DNA of 42,223 nt from Candidatus Woesearchaeota archaeon (GTDB taxonomy: Archaea; Nanobdellota; Nanobdellia; Woesearchaeales; DATGWN01). The stretch spans positions 1 to 42,223 of the forward strand of contig JBLKOU010000005.1 in the NCBI GenBank assembly GCA_047603125.1, read 5' to 3'. Made by a program: the position numbers and the translations under genes. This document shows, in pieces, positions 8,909-17,125 of this stretch (position 1 is the stretch's first letter; each line of letters begins with the position of its first letter). The notes under the pieces were generated by a model. The model was not told the origin of the DNA, did no database searches, and saw nothing but the letters and a program-made list of their open reading frames with translations.

Positions 8909-9844
8909 ATGATCTTTAACAAGTTTAGTAAAATGAAAAAAAAAGAACAGTTTGCATTAATAGTAGGAGCGATAGGGAGTCTTTTGATGGCTTTCATTGC
9001 TTGGATTACATACTATTATTCAAATTCTGAGGCAATTTTGCTTGATGGTAATTATAGTTTTATTATGTTTATAGGTATTCTTATTGCCTTGAAACTTGCA
9101 TCTATCAGAGCTATTAAAACTAAAACCTTTCCATTAGGACAATTTTTTTACGAATCTTTATATGGTTTTATAAAAGGATTAATGATATTTGGAGTTATTT
9201 TAATGGCAGTAATGACTGCTATAGTTAGAATTTTTTCATATTATTTTGGTTCAACAGATAATATACCTCAACTGATTCCAGAGCCTATTATTTATTATGC
9301 TATTACCGTTGGAATTATATGTTTTATTCTTTCGTACAATTACAAAATTCAAAATAAGAAAATAAGTGATTCAAGTATTATATTAAAAACAGAACAAAAA
9401 GCTTCTTTTGTAGATGGAGTTCTGTCCTTTGGAATAGCTATTGGAGTTATTATGGTTTTAACTTTTTCAGGAGATGAAACTGGCAGTTTTATACCTTATT
9501 TAGCAGACTCTATATTTGTATTAGTTTTAGCATCATTTTTAATCAAAGAGCCAATAAAAATCATAAAAGAATCAGTTATTGAGTTAGCATCAGGAACATT
9601 GCAAAATGAAAATACAAAGAAAATGTTTGAAAATGTGATTCAAAAACATAAATCTAAAAATTATAAAATAAAAAACAGCATACTCAGTAAAAATGGAAGC
9701 AAATATATTATCATTTTATATGTTGAAAGCAAAGATGAAACTTATAATATTAAAGACTTAAAAAATATGAAAAAGAATATAGAAAAAGATCTTACGAAAA
9801 ATTACGAATATGTCTTTGTGGACATAATTCCATTTATCAAATAA
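8909..9844 (+). CDS. Cation diffusion facilitator (CDF) family transporter
   Basis: SEAILLDG, FPLG..YE, about six transmembrane segments and a soluble C-terminal domain. Confidence 0.8.
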   Translation: MIFNKFSKMKKKEQFALIVGAIGSLLMAFIAWITYYYSNSEAILLDGNYSFIMFIGILIALKLASIRAIKTKTFPLGQFFYESLYGFIKGLMIFGVILMAVMTAIVRIFSYYFGSTDNIPQLIPEPIIYYAITVGIICFILSYNYKIQNKKISDSSIILKTEQKASFVDGVLSFGIAIGVIMVLTFSGDETGSFIPYLADSIFVLVLASFLIKEPIKIIKESVIELASGTLQNENTKKMFENVIQKHKSKNYKIKNSILSKNGSKYIIILYVESKDETYNIKDLKNMKKNIEKDLTKNYEYVFVDIIPFIK

Positions 9845-9990
9845 ACAGTATAAAAAAATTAAAATATAAACATAATCGTCTCCCTCGATTCTTGTTCTTG
9901 ATGCACTAAGAAATCAAAGATATCTTGTGTCCAAAAAATGTACAATTTCTGAGGATATCACATTTACTCCTTAGATAGAACGCCTCTCAA

Positions 9991-10036
9991 AATTACTCTG
10001 GGGTTTGCTTTCAGCAAATCCTCGGGAACGTTGCAA
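9991..10036 (+). mobile_element. Degenerate attC-like palindrome (site 3)
   Basis: Stem-loop GGGTTTGC-TTTCA-GCAAATCC followed by TCGGGAAC-GTT. GCAAATCCT (10014-10022) is complementary to the AGGATTTGC of the half site at 11321. No clean R'' box. Confidence 0.35.
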
Positions 10037-10095
10037 TTCCGCTTCGCTCCAAAAACGAATTTATTTATAAGTAAGAACATTTTCTAATATTTAAT

Positions 10096-10625
10096 ATGGT
10101 AAATATATTTATTTCATCACAGGCGCTTCAGGAACTGGTAAGACATCTCTAGTTTCTGAATTAAAAAACAAATTTGATAGCAAAGATTGGGAATTTTTAC
10201 ACTTTGATTCTGTTGGTATTCCTTCAACAGAAGATATGATTAAAAAAAGTGGTTCTATAGAGAATTGGCAAAAAGAAACAACTTTTCTCTGGATTGAAAA
10301 AATGCTGACTGAATACAAAGATAGAAAAATAATTATATTTGAGGGTCAAGTCAATTTAGAATTTATCAAATTGGGTTTTTCAGAAAGCAATTTTTCTAAC
10401 TATAAAATTATTTTAATTGATTGTAATGAAGATGTTATGGCCAAAAGACTCTCAGAAAATAGAAAACAACCAGAACTAGTTAATGAAAATATGAAAAATT
10501 GGTTATGTTTTCTTAGAAGACAAGCAAAAAAAGTAAATGCTGCAGTTATTGAAACTTCAAATAAATCCAAATCTGAAGTTCTGTTATCTTTCGAAAATAT
10601 TTTAAAAAAGCATCAAGTGATTTAA
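10096..10625 (+). pseudogene. P-loop nucleotide-kinase-like protein with an out-of-frame start codon
   Basis: YFITGASGTGKTS (Walker A) begins at 10110 in the frame of the 10236..10625 ORF. The only nearby ATG (10096) is one base out of frame (ATGGTAAA where ATG-GGT-AAA would be in frame), and an in-frame TAA lies at 10092. Confidence 0.65.
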
Positions 10626-10626
10626 T

Positions 10627-10755
10627 ATGAAATACAACCCAAAGAAAATTAAGATCTATTCAGAAAACAATGAATTTCAACATGCTGAAGTTCTAAAGAG
10701 AAATAGAGTTAAGCCCTCAAAAATAAAATATTTATATATATGGTCGCTTATATAG
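10627..10755 (+). pseudogene. N-terminal fragment resembling a TrmH/SpoU RNA methyltransferase
   Basis: MKYNPKKIKIYSENNEFQHAEVLKRNRVK resembles, from recall, the N-terminus of a SpoU subfamily. The reading then runs into the TA promoter and stops after 42 aa. Confidence 0.45.
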
Positions 10756-10760
10756 TTATT

Positions 10761-10982
10761 ATGGGCCAAACAACAATCTCAGTAAATCACGAATTACTTA
10801 CCAAACTAAAAGAGAGAATGATGTATGATAGAGAATCATATGAAGAAATAATTTGGGGCGCTTTAGAGGACTCCATGGAATTATCTGAAGAAACTAAAAA
10901 AAGAATCAAAATAGCTGAAGAGGATATTAAAACAGGTAGAGTTTATTCTCTTGAAAATGTTAAAAAGGAATTAGGAATATAA
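10761..10982 (+). CDS. Archaeal RelB-like antitoxin
   Basis: TTISV beta-strand start, ESYEEII and the C-terminal EEDIKTGRVYSLENVKKELGI; lies directly upstream of a RelE remnant; TTTATATA box at 10731. Confidence 0.8.
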   Translation: MGQTTISVNHELLTKLKERMMYDRESYEEIIWGALEDSMELSEETKKRIKIAEEDIKTGRVYSLENVKKELGI

Positions 10983-10983
10983 A

Positions 10984-11230
10984 ATGTTTGATCTTTTTTT
11001 ACAGCCGAATCTAAGAAATTCCTAAAGAAACTTAATGAAAAGATTCTAAAAGAATTATTTCTACATTAGAAAGATGTAGAATCGGACCACATTCTTATGT
11101 TAAAAAATTAATTTCTTCTCCATATTTCAGATTACGTGTTAGAGATTATCGAGTAATTCTGGATATTAAAGCAGGTAAACTTTTAATTATTGTTGTTGAT
11201 ATAGGTCATAGAAAAAACACTTACAAATAG
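10984..11230 (+). pseudogene. relE: RelE/ParE-family toxin with two frameshifts
   Basis: Adding one T to the T7 run at 10994-11000 and one A at ~11038-11041 restores MFDLFFTAESKKFLKKLNEKDSKRIISTLERCRIGPHSYVKKLISSPYFRLRVRDYRVILDIKAGKLLIIVVDIGHRKNTYK. Confidence 0.8.
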
Positions 11231-11297
11231 TGAGCTTAAAATAAAACTTAGCTGAGATTTTTTTGCTTCTCAAAAAACCGCTTGCAGTTATCCCTCG

Positions 11298-11330
11298 GTC
11301 ACTTCGTGACGCCACTAACAAGGATTTGCC
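11298..11330 (+). mobile_element. Left half of an attC-like site at the island/core boundary
   Basis: Hairpin GTCACTTCGTGAC, then CACTAAC-AAGGA-TTTGCC, with no complementary right half downstream. Confidence 0.4.
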
Positions 11331-11487
11331 ACTTTTGTAGTTACGCGAGATGATTTTTTGTGAAAACCAAACTCTTTAGACTGAAAATACTGAAAAACTA
11401 ATCGATTTTTGAACAAGTGAAACTAATTTTAACCAACAACTAACTTTATTAAGGATGAATTCTCAAAATTACCAAAAGAGGTGCAAA

Positions 11488-12390
11488 ATGAAAGTACAAA
11501 TTCCTGCAGATGTTCCAAGAGACAAAGAAAAGACATATTTAGCAAACTACAAATTAGCAACAAAAAACACAGGCAAACTCATGCTCTTTGCTGGTGATCA
11601 ACGAGTAGAGCATCTAAATGATGATTTTTATGGCGAAGGTATCAGCCCGGAAGATGCAACGCCAAAACACTTATTTGATATCGCAAGTAAAGCAAAAATC
11701 GGTCTTTTTGCTACACAATTTGGTTTGATGAATCGATATGCGCGTGAATATCCAAAAATTCCCTATCTTGTAAAATTAAATTCAAAAACACATCTTGTCA
11801 AAACAGATCAGATTGATCCCGTAAGCCGGGCGTGGTTTTCTGTTACTCAAGTGGTTGATTCTGCAAGAAAGGCAGGAATAACAGTTGTTGCCGTTGGCTA
11901 TACAGTATACTTAGGAAGTGAGTTTGAAAACGATATGCTCATTGAAGCAGCGCAAATTGTTCACGAAGCGCATAAACATGGCTTACTGGCAGTGATTTGG
12001 ATGTATCCGCGTGGAAAAGCAATTGTCGATGAACTTGATCCTCATTTAATTGCGGGTGCAGCAGACGTTGCCTCAGCTCTTGGCGCTGATTTTATTAAAG
12101 TAAATTATCCTCGCTCTTTTGGTCAATCTCAAGCATTAGCATTTAAAGAAGCAATTCTTGCAGCTGGAAACTCAGGTGTGATTTGTGCAGGTGGTTCTTC
12201 CACAGATGCTCGCGAGTTTTTACAAGTGCTCCATGATCAAATACATATTAGCGGTGCACGTGGGAATGCGACAGGTCGTAATGTCCATCAAAAATCTCTC
12301 AAAGAAGCAGTGGCATTTTGTAATGCAATTTATGCAATAGTTGTAGAAGGAAAAAGTGTGGACCAAGCGTATAAATTGATGGAGAAATGA
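11488..12390 (+). CDS. fba: Class I (DhnA-type) fructose-bisphosphate aldolase
   Basis: Motifs AGDQRVEH, VKLNSKT, WMYPRG, Schiff-base lysine ADFIKVNYP and GRNVHQ; GAGGTG SD before ATG 11488. Confidence 0.9.
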   Translation: MKVQIPADVPRDKEKTYLANYKLATKNTGKLMLFAGDQRVEHLNDDFYGEGISPEDATPKHLFDIASKAKIGLFATQFGLMNRYAREYPKIPYLVKLNSKTHLVKTDQIDPVSRAWFSVTQVVDSARKAGITVVAVGYTVYLGSEFENDMLIEAAQIVHEAHKHGLLAVIWMYPRGKAIVDELDPHLIAGAADVASALGADFIKVNYPRSFGQSQALAFKEAILAAGNSGVICAGGSSTDAREFLQVLHDQIHISGARGNATGRNVHQKSLKEAVAFCNAIYAIVVEGKSVDQAYKLMEK

Positions 12391-13079
12391 TACAGTTAGT
12401 ATTAGTAAGACATGGACAGAGTACTTGGAATTTAGAAAATAAATTTACAGGTTGGGTTGACGTAGATTTGAGTATTACAGGAAGAAAAGAAGCCGATAGC
12501 GCAGGAAAAGCTCTCAAAGAAAAAGATTTTGAGTTTGATATTGTCTATACTTCCATGCTAAAACGTGCCATTCATACGGCGTATCACATTCTTGAACAAA
12601 TGGATTGCATATATTTACCGGTCATTAAATGCTGGGAATTAAATGAACGACATTATGGAGCATTACAAGGTTTGAATAAGGATGAAATGAGACAAAAATA
12701 TGGGGATGAGCAAGTGTTACTTTGGCGAAGAAGTTATGATGTGCTGCCTCCTGCACTAGATTGGAAAGATGATATGAATCCGAGAAATGATCGTAAATAT
12801 GCGCTTTTATCTGATGACCAAATACCGTTGACAGAATCTTTAAAAAAAACAATAGAGCGTGTTGTTCCTTTTTTTGAAAAAACAATCATTCCTTTACTGC
12901 GTGAAAAAAAAAGAGTTTTGATTAGTGCTCATGGAAATAGTTTACGAGCGCTATGTAAATATCTAGAGAATATTACTGATGAGCAAATTATTAATCTTGA
13001 AATACCAACGGGAAAGCCACTCATTTATGAGCTTGATGAACAAACATTACATGTTCAAAAAAAATATTATTTAGATTAA
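12387..13079 (+). CDS. gpmA: 2,3-bisphosphoglycerate-dependent phosphoglycerate mutase
   Basis: Motifs LVRHGQSTWN, LNERHYGALQG, WRRSYD and AHGNSLRAL. Confidence 0.97.
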   Translation: MIQLVLVRHGQSTWNLENKFTGWVDVDLSITGRKEADSAGKALKEKDFEFDIVYTSMLKRAIHTAYHILEQMDCIYLPVIKCWELNERHYGALQGLNKDEMRQKYGDEQVLLWRRSYDVLPPALDWKDDMNPRNDRKYALLSDDQIPLTESLKKTIERVVPFFEKTIIPLLREKKRVLISAHGNSLRALCKYLENITDEQIINLEIPTGKPLIYELDEQTLHVQKKYYLD

Positions 13080-14116
13080 TACGCCTTTCCGCCACTGGTA
13101 CTACCGGTGATTTTTCCAGAAAGGTCTAATATGATTTTGTCTCTAGAAGGTTTGTATTTTATAAGCTCAACACCTGCTAATGCAAACATTTTTTCTGCTG
13201 CGATGAGTTTTTCATCCAAGGTGGTTGCTCCATGTCCATACACAATCCTTTTAACACCTGCACTCACCAGCATCCGTGCATCAACATGATCGGGCATATG
13301 CGTTGTATAAAGCGTCGTATTTGCTAATTCGCTTGGTGCATTTGCAAGAAGGTTTGTCACAGAACTCAAAACAATATTTCTTTTTGGATCGTCTGCTGGC
13401 AGGGACCACTCGAATTGAGCATCATCCCATTGTGAGGGTAGACCATTATATCCGCAGCTAATAATTCGTTTTCGTTGATTTATCAAACAAGAACCATGTT
13501 GCTTTTGAGAATCTTTGCTGCGCAGACTCGTTAAGACTGCAAGACCCATAAAGTAGGTATCCCAATCGATAAAGTCGGGGTTCTCATATTCATTAAACGC
13601 TCTATCTTTTTTTCTATCGAAGGGTTGCGTTTTCTCATTATCAAAGAGCATCACAAGTTCAATGGGCTCTTGATGTTGAATCTTTTCAACAGGAATGTTG
13701 GCGTGTGTAAACCATTCTCGAGCACGAATGAAGGTCTCACTTCCTTCATATTTATCTGAATTGTAGATGACTTTTCCTATTTGAAACGCAATCATGAGCG
13801 GTGCACATCGATCGCAAGAGAGAAGGGAGGTATACAGCGTTGCTCCAGCAACAGACTGTGTTCTATTGAGTATGGCATTTGGTTCTGCATGATGGGAATA
13901 TGCATATTTTGTCTGAGAAAAATGAGGGCTTTGTTTTGTCCATGGCAGTTTATCATCACCAATTCCGCTTGGAAAACTATTATATCCGAGTCCTATAATA
14001 CGTTTATTTTTTACAATACATGCACCAACTTGCGTGTCCGGATCTTTGCTTCGAAGCTCGGAGAGCCTTGCAGCTGCAAGAAAATAAACATCCCAGTCAA
14101 TTGGTTTTCTTATCAT
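13076..14116 (-). CDS. dCMP deaminase with two tandem deaminase domains, the second degenerate
   Basis: Domain 1: WDVYF..RSKDP..GYN..HAEPNA..CDRC. Domain 2: WDTYF..RSKD..GYNG but without HxE and CxxC. Confidence 0.85.
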   Translation of the reverse strand: MIRKPIDWDVYFLAAARLSELRSKDPDTQVGACIVKNKRIIGLGYNSFPSGIGDDKLPWTKQSPHFSQTKYAYSHHAEPNAILNRTQSVAGATLYTSLLSCDRCAPLMIAFQIGKVIYNSDKYEGSETFIRAREWFTHANIPVEKIQHQEPIELVMLFDNEKTQPFDRKKDRAFNEYENPDFIDWDTYFMGLAVLTSLRSKDSQKQHGSCLINQRKRIISCGYNGLPSQWDDAQFEWSLPADDPKRNIVLSSVTNLLANAPSELANTTLYTTHMPDHVDARMLVSAGVKRIVYGHGATTLDEKLIAAEKMFALAGVELIKYKPSRDKIILDLSGKITGSTSGGKAY

Positions 14117-14481
14117 AGTTCATCATATTTTTTATTTGTACCTTTGCTTGTTCGCACAGGATATTTTTTTGCAATTTCGCGCATTTTTTTTCGTAGTTGT
14201 GAGGACATGTCAAAGTCAAGAAGATCTGATAAACGTAGGAGAGAATAAAATGCATCAGAAAATTCATACATTATTTTTTGCTTTTTCTCTTTATCTTGGA
14301 GCATGAGAATAATTTCATCGGTTTTTTTGAAGCGAAAATGATCCAACAGTTCACTTAATTCGATAATTGCATTCATTGCCATATCTTTTGGTGTATGAAA
14401 TTGCCCCCAATCTCGTTGATCACTAAATTTTTTGGTAAGATCCTTTAATTCTTGTACAGTCGTATGTTCGTCTGTTTTCAT
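14113..14481 (-). CDS. MazG-like nucleotide pyrophosphohydrolase (DCTPP1/dCTPase-like)
   Basis: Motifs RDWGQFHTPKD, ELSELL, EFSD and KKYP. Confidence 0.85.
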   Translation of the reverse strand: MKTDEHTTVQELKDLTKKFSDQRDWGQFHTPKDMAMNAIIELSELLDHFRFKKTDEIILMLQDKEKKQKIMYEFSDAFYSLLRLSDLLDFDMSSQLRKKMREIAKKYPVRTSKGTNKKYDEL

Positions 14482-14690
14482 AGAAAAGAGATATTTGTTT
14501 TTCTATATAAATACTTTGTTTTTTCACGAAACTGAGTCTGCATAAATCAACTCAATTTCTGGTGCGAGTATAAGTGTCGCAATGTGCTTTGATTGACGCC
14601 AAGGTGCAGTAGCCCCAAAATTTTATTCTCTAGAAAAAATTGTTTTTCAAAAAAGACAGGTTTTTAAATGGGGGAAAACTCTTAAAAATC

Positions 14691-15218
14691 ATGGACATCC
14701 TTGAAAAATTAGCATTTTTAGAAGAGCATGCACAAAATAACCATGTGCCAATACTCGGTCCAATAAAGGGCGCATGGTTACAAGAGTATGTGCAAAAAAA
14801 TCGTCCAAAAACAGTCTTGGAACTCGGAACGGCAATTGGCTATAGCACAATCATTTTAGCAAGTCAGGGAGCAAAAGTGATAAGTGTGGACTATGATGCA
14901 AAACGTCAAGCGCTTGCAAAGGAATTTGCCTCGTATTTCTCTCTAGACTGTACCTTTATTCACATGGATGCGTTTGACTATTTAGAACAATGCGAAAAAC
15001 AAAACGATTTTTTTGATCTTGTTTTTTTAGACATTACAAAGAAAAATTATTTACGAGCTTTTATAATATTGCAAAAAATAGCAAACGTTATTATTGCTGA
15101 TAATACTTCGCATCCTGCTTGTCAGGATTTTATGCAGGAAATTCAACGCTTTGATACAAAAAATATTACGCTTGGCGATGGTCTAAGTATTACGAAAACA
15201 CAAGCTCGTACTCAATAA
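14691..15218 (+). CDS. O-methyltransferase (YrrM/TrmR-like)
   Basis: Motifs VPIL, VLELGTAIGYST, FDLVFLD and IIADN. Confidence 0.8.
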   Translation: MDILEKLAFLEEHAQNNHVPILGPIKGAWLQEYVQKNRPKTVLELGTAIGYSTIILASQGAKVISVDYDAKRQALAKEFASYFSLDCTFIHMDAFDYLEQCEKQNDFFDLVFLDITKKNYLRAFIILQKIANVIIADNTSHPACQDFMQEIQRFDTKNITLGDGLSITKTQARTQ

Positions 15219-15720
15219 AAACATGGTCTTGAACTGTGTTAATTTGAATCTTTTCCAGTGTTGTGGAGAATTCTACAAATATTTCACCATTTGGTTCTGT
15301 TACTTGTAAATCAAGTAATTGAAAGGGGCGTCGAATGGGTGCTTGTATATAGCCTGTTCGCTTTTGATGATCCTGTTCATATATTGCTTGGATGAATTCT
15401 TTGACTTGCCATTCAATAAAATGTAGCGAAGGAGTTTGATAATGTGTTGTTCCATCGTCAAATTCTGTAATTTGCGTTTGGTTTTTTATATAAGAAAACA
15501 GTGTTTGATTATACAAGGGTGTTTGTTTATGTTCCGTTCGTGTGTATGGATCAAGAGTGTAAATGATTTCTCGACTAATTTGTCCGTCATCTAGCGTGAT
15601 TGTTGCATGAATGGTCGTATACTCGAGCTTGAATTCTCCTTGCACTGCGTGTAAGCTTGAAAAAGTCAAAAACGCTACAAGAACAATTACAAGTCCAAAA
15701 TAGAGTACGGGTCTATTCAT
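15190..15720 (-). CDS. Hypothetical secreted or membrane-anchored protein
   Basis: 176-aa ORF with an N-terminal hydrophobic segment; ATGA-coupled to the carboxypeptidase. Confidence 0.65.
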   Translation of the reverse strand: MNRPVLYFGLVIVLVAFLTFSSLHAVQGEFKLEYTTIHATITLDDGQISREIIYTLDPYTRTEHKQTPLYNQTLFSYIKNQTQITEFDDGTTHYQTPSLHFIEWQVKEFIQAIYEQDHQKRTGYIQAPIRRPFQLLDLQVTEPNGEIFVEFSTTLEKIQINTVQDHVFIEYELVFS

Positions 15721-17093
15721 ATTTGCACATATTTTTCTTCTAAATAGGCAAGGTAGGGAGTTATGTTAACTTCGCCAACAATTTGTGTTGCTGTTTTTGT
15801 TGCAGCGTATGAGTGCACATGTTTTTTAAGCCATTTTTGTACAGGAGCAAAGTTTTTTGTTTTCATACAAGTGTCTACATCCACTGTTTTTTTCATTTTC
15901 TCAAATAATTGTGCGCTATAAATACTTCCAAGAGCATATGTAGGAAAATAGCCAAATAAACCACTAGACCAATGAACATCTTGAAGAACGCCTTCTTTAA
16001 GCGACTTTGGCGTTTTATTAAAACACTCCTTATACTTTTGATTCCATCGTTTTTCTAAATTATTTACAGAAAGCGTTCCGGTAATTAACTCCAGTTCAAT
16101 TTCAAAACGAATAATAATGTGCAAACAATACGTGAGTTCATCCCCTTCTATTCGAATCAGTGAACCTTCAACAGCATTTAACTGATCATAAAATTCCTGA
16201 AAAGATTTTGTTGGAAGGGAAAGTGTCTTCTTAACTTTTGGATAATACGATTGCCAAAATGCCTTACTTTTACAAATATGATTTTCCCAAATACGTGATT
16301 GTGACTCATGCAAACCAAAAGAGGCTGCTTTGTAGACGGGTGTGTTTTGGTATTTTTTTGGAAATTGCAATTCATAGAGTGCATGACCACATTCGTGCGC
16401 CGTTGAAGTAATAGAAAAGAACGGATTATTTTCTCGAAATGCACAAGCAATACGAATATCATTTGGCGTGATTTGTGTCATAAATGGGTGTGTGGTAACG
16501 CCGTAGGTGAACTGCTTTTGATCCGGGATTATCCATGCAATAAGCTGATCAGTAATACTTTTTTCATCTTTAATTGCATATGTTTTTTTCATAATGGATT
16601 TTGGAGCTTTTTTTTGTGTTTTTACTTTCTGGTACATGTCTACTAATTGTGGTTTGAGCTTTGCAAAGAGTGTTTGAAGCTTCGTAACAGTCATTCCTGG
16701 TTCATAATCTTCAAGCAGTACGTCATAGGGATGTTTTTTTGCATTAAGGTGACGGATTTTTTTTCGTGTTAATGTCAATATTTTTTGTAAATCTTTTTTG
16801 AAAGGAAGCATTGAATTTTTTTCTCGAGAAATCAACCATGATTCATTTGCGTGTGCGATTGTTTTTGATAATTCGCTGACTAGCGATGCGGGAATTTTTG
16901 TTGCATCTTTGATATCTTTTTGAAGATGTTTTCGAATGTGTATGTCAGTTGTTTGTTTTAAAGCCTGCTTTGCTTGCTTTGAACAAAGTAATTGATGATG
17001 TTTTTCACTCACATACGAAAGAAGCTTTGCGCGCTCGCCAACTGCTGCCTTTGGCATGAGTGTTTCTTGATCAAAATGTAAAAGAGCCTGCAA
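15717..17093 (-). CDS. M32 family carboxypeptidase (Taq-type); true start probably slightly upstream
   Basis: Motifs HPF, HECGH, HESQS, IRIEGDE, QDVHW and YFPTYALG. Confidence 0.92.
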   Translation of the reverse strand: MQALLHFDQETLMPKAAVGERAKLLSYVSEKHHQLLCSKQAKQALKQTTDIHIRKHLQKDIKDATKIPASLVSELSKTIAHANESWLISREKNSMLPFKKDLQKILTLTRKKIRHLNAKKHPYDVLLEDYEPGMTVTKLQTLFAKLKPQLVDMYQKVKTQKKAPKSIMKKTYAIKDEKSITDQLIAWIIPDQKQFTYGVTTHPFMTQITPNDIRIACAFRENNPFFSITSTAHECGHALYELQFPKKYQNTPVYKAASFGLHESQSRIWENHICKSKAFWQSYYPKVKKTLSLPTKSFQEFYDQLNAVEGSLIRIEGDELTYCLHIIIRFEIELELITGTLSVNNLEKRWNQKYKECFNKTPKSLKEGVLQDVHWSSGLFGYFPTYALGSIYSAQLFEKMKKTVDVDTCMKTKNFAPVQKWLKKHVHSYAATKTATQIVGEVNITPYLAYLEEKYVQI

Positions 17094-17125
17094 ACTTTGC
17101 AGGTAAGAAAGTTCTTGAAAAAAAG

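Noticed and set aside
14525..14620. Slightly GC-richer spacer with a possible 31-codon minus-strand ORF or small RNA
   Set aside because: It has a TTG start only, no recognisable motif and no convincing structure.
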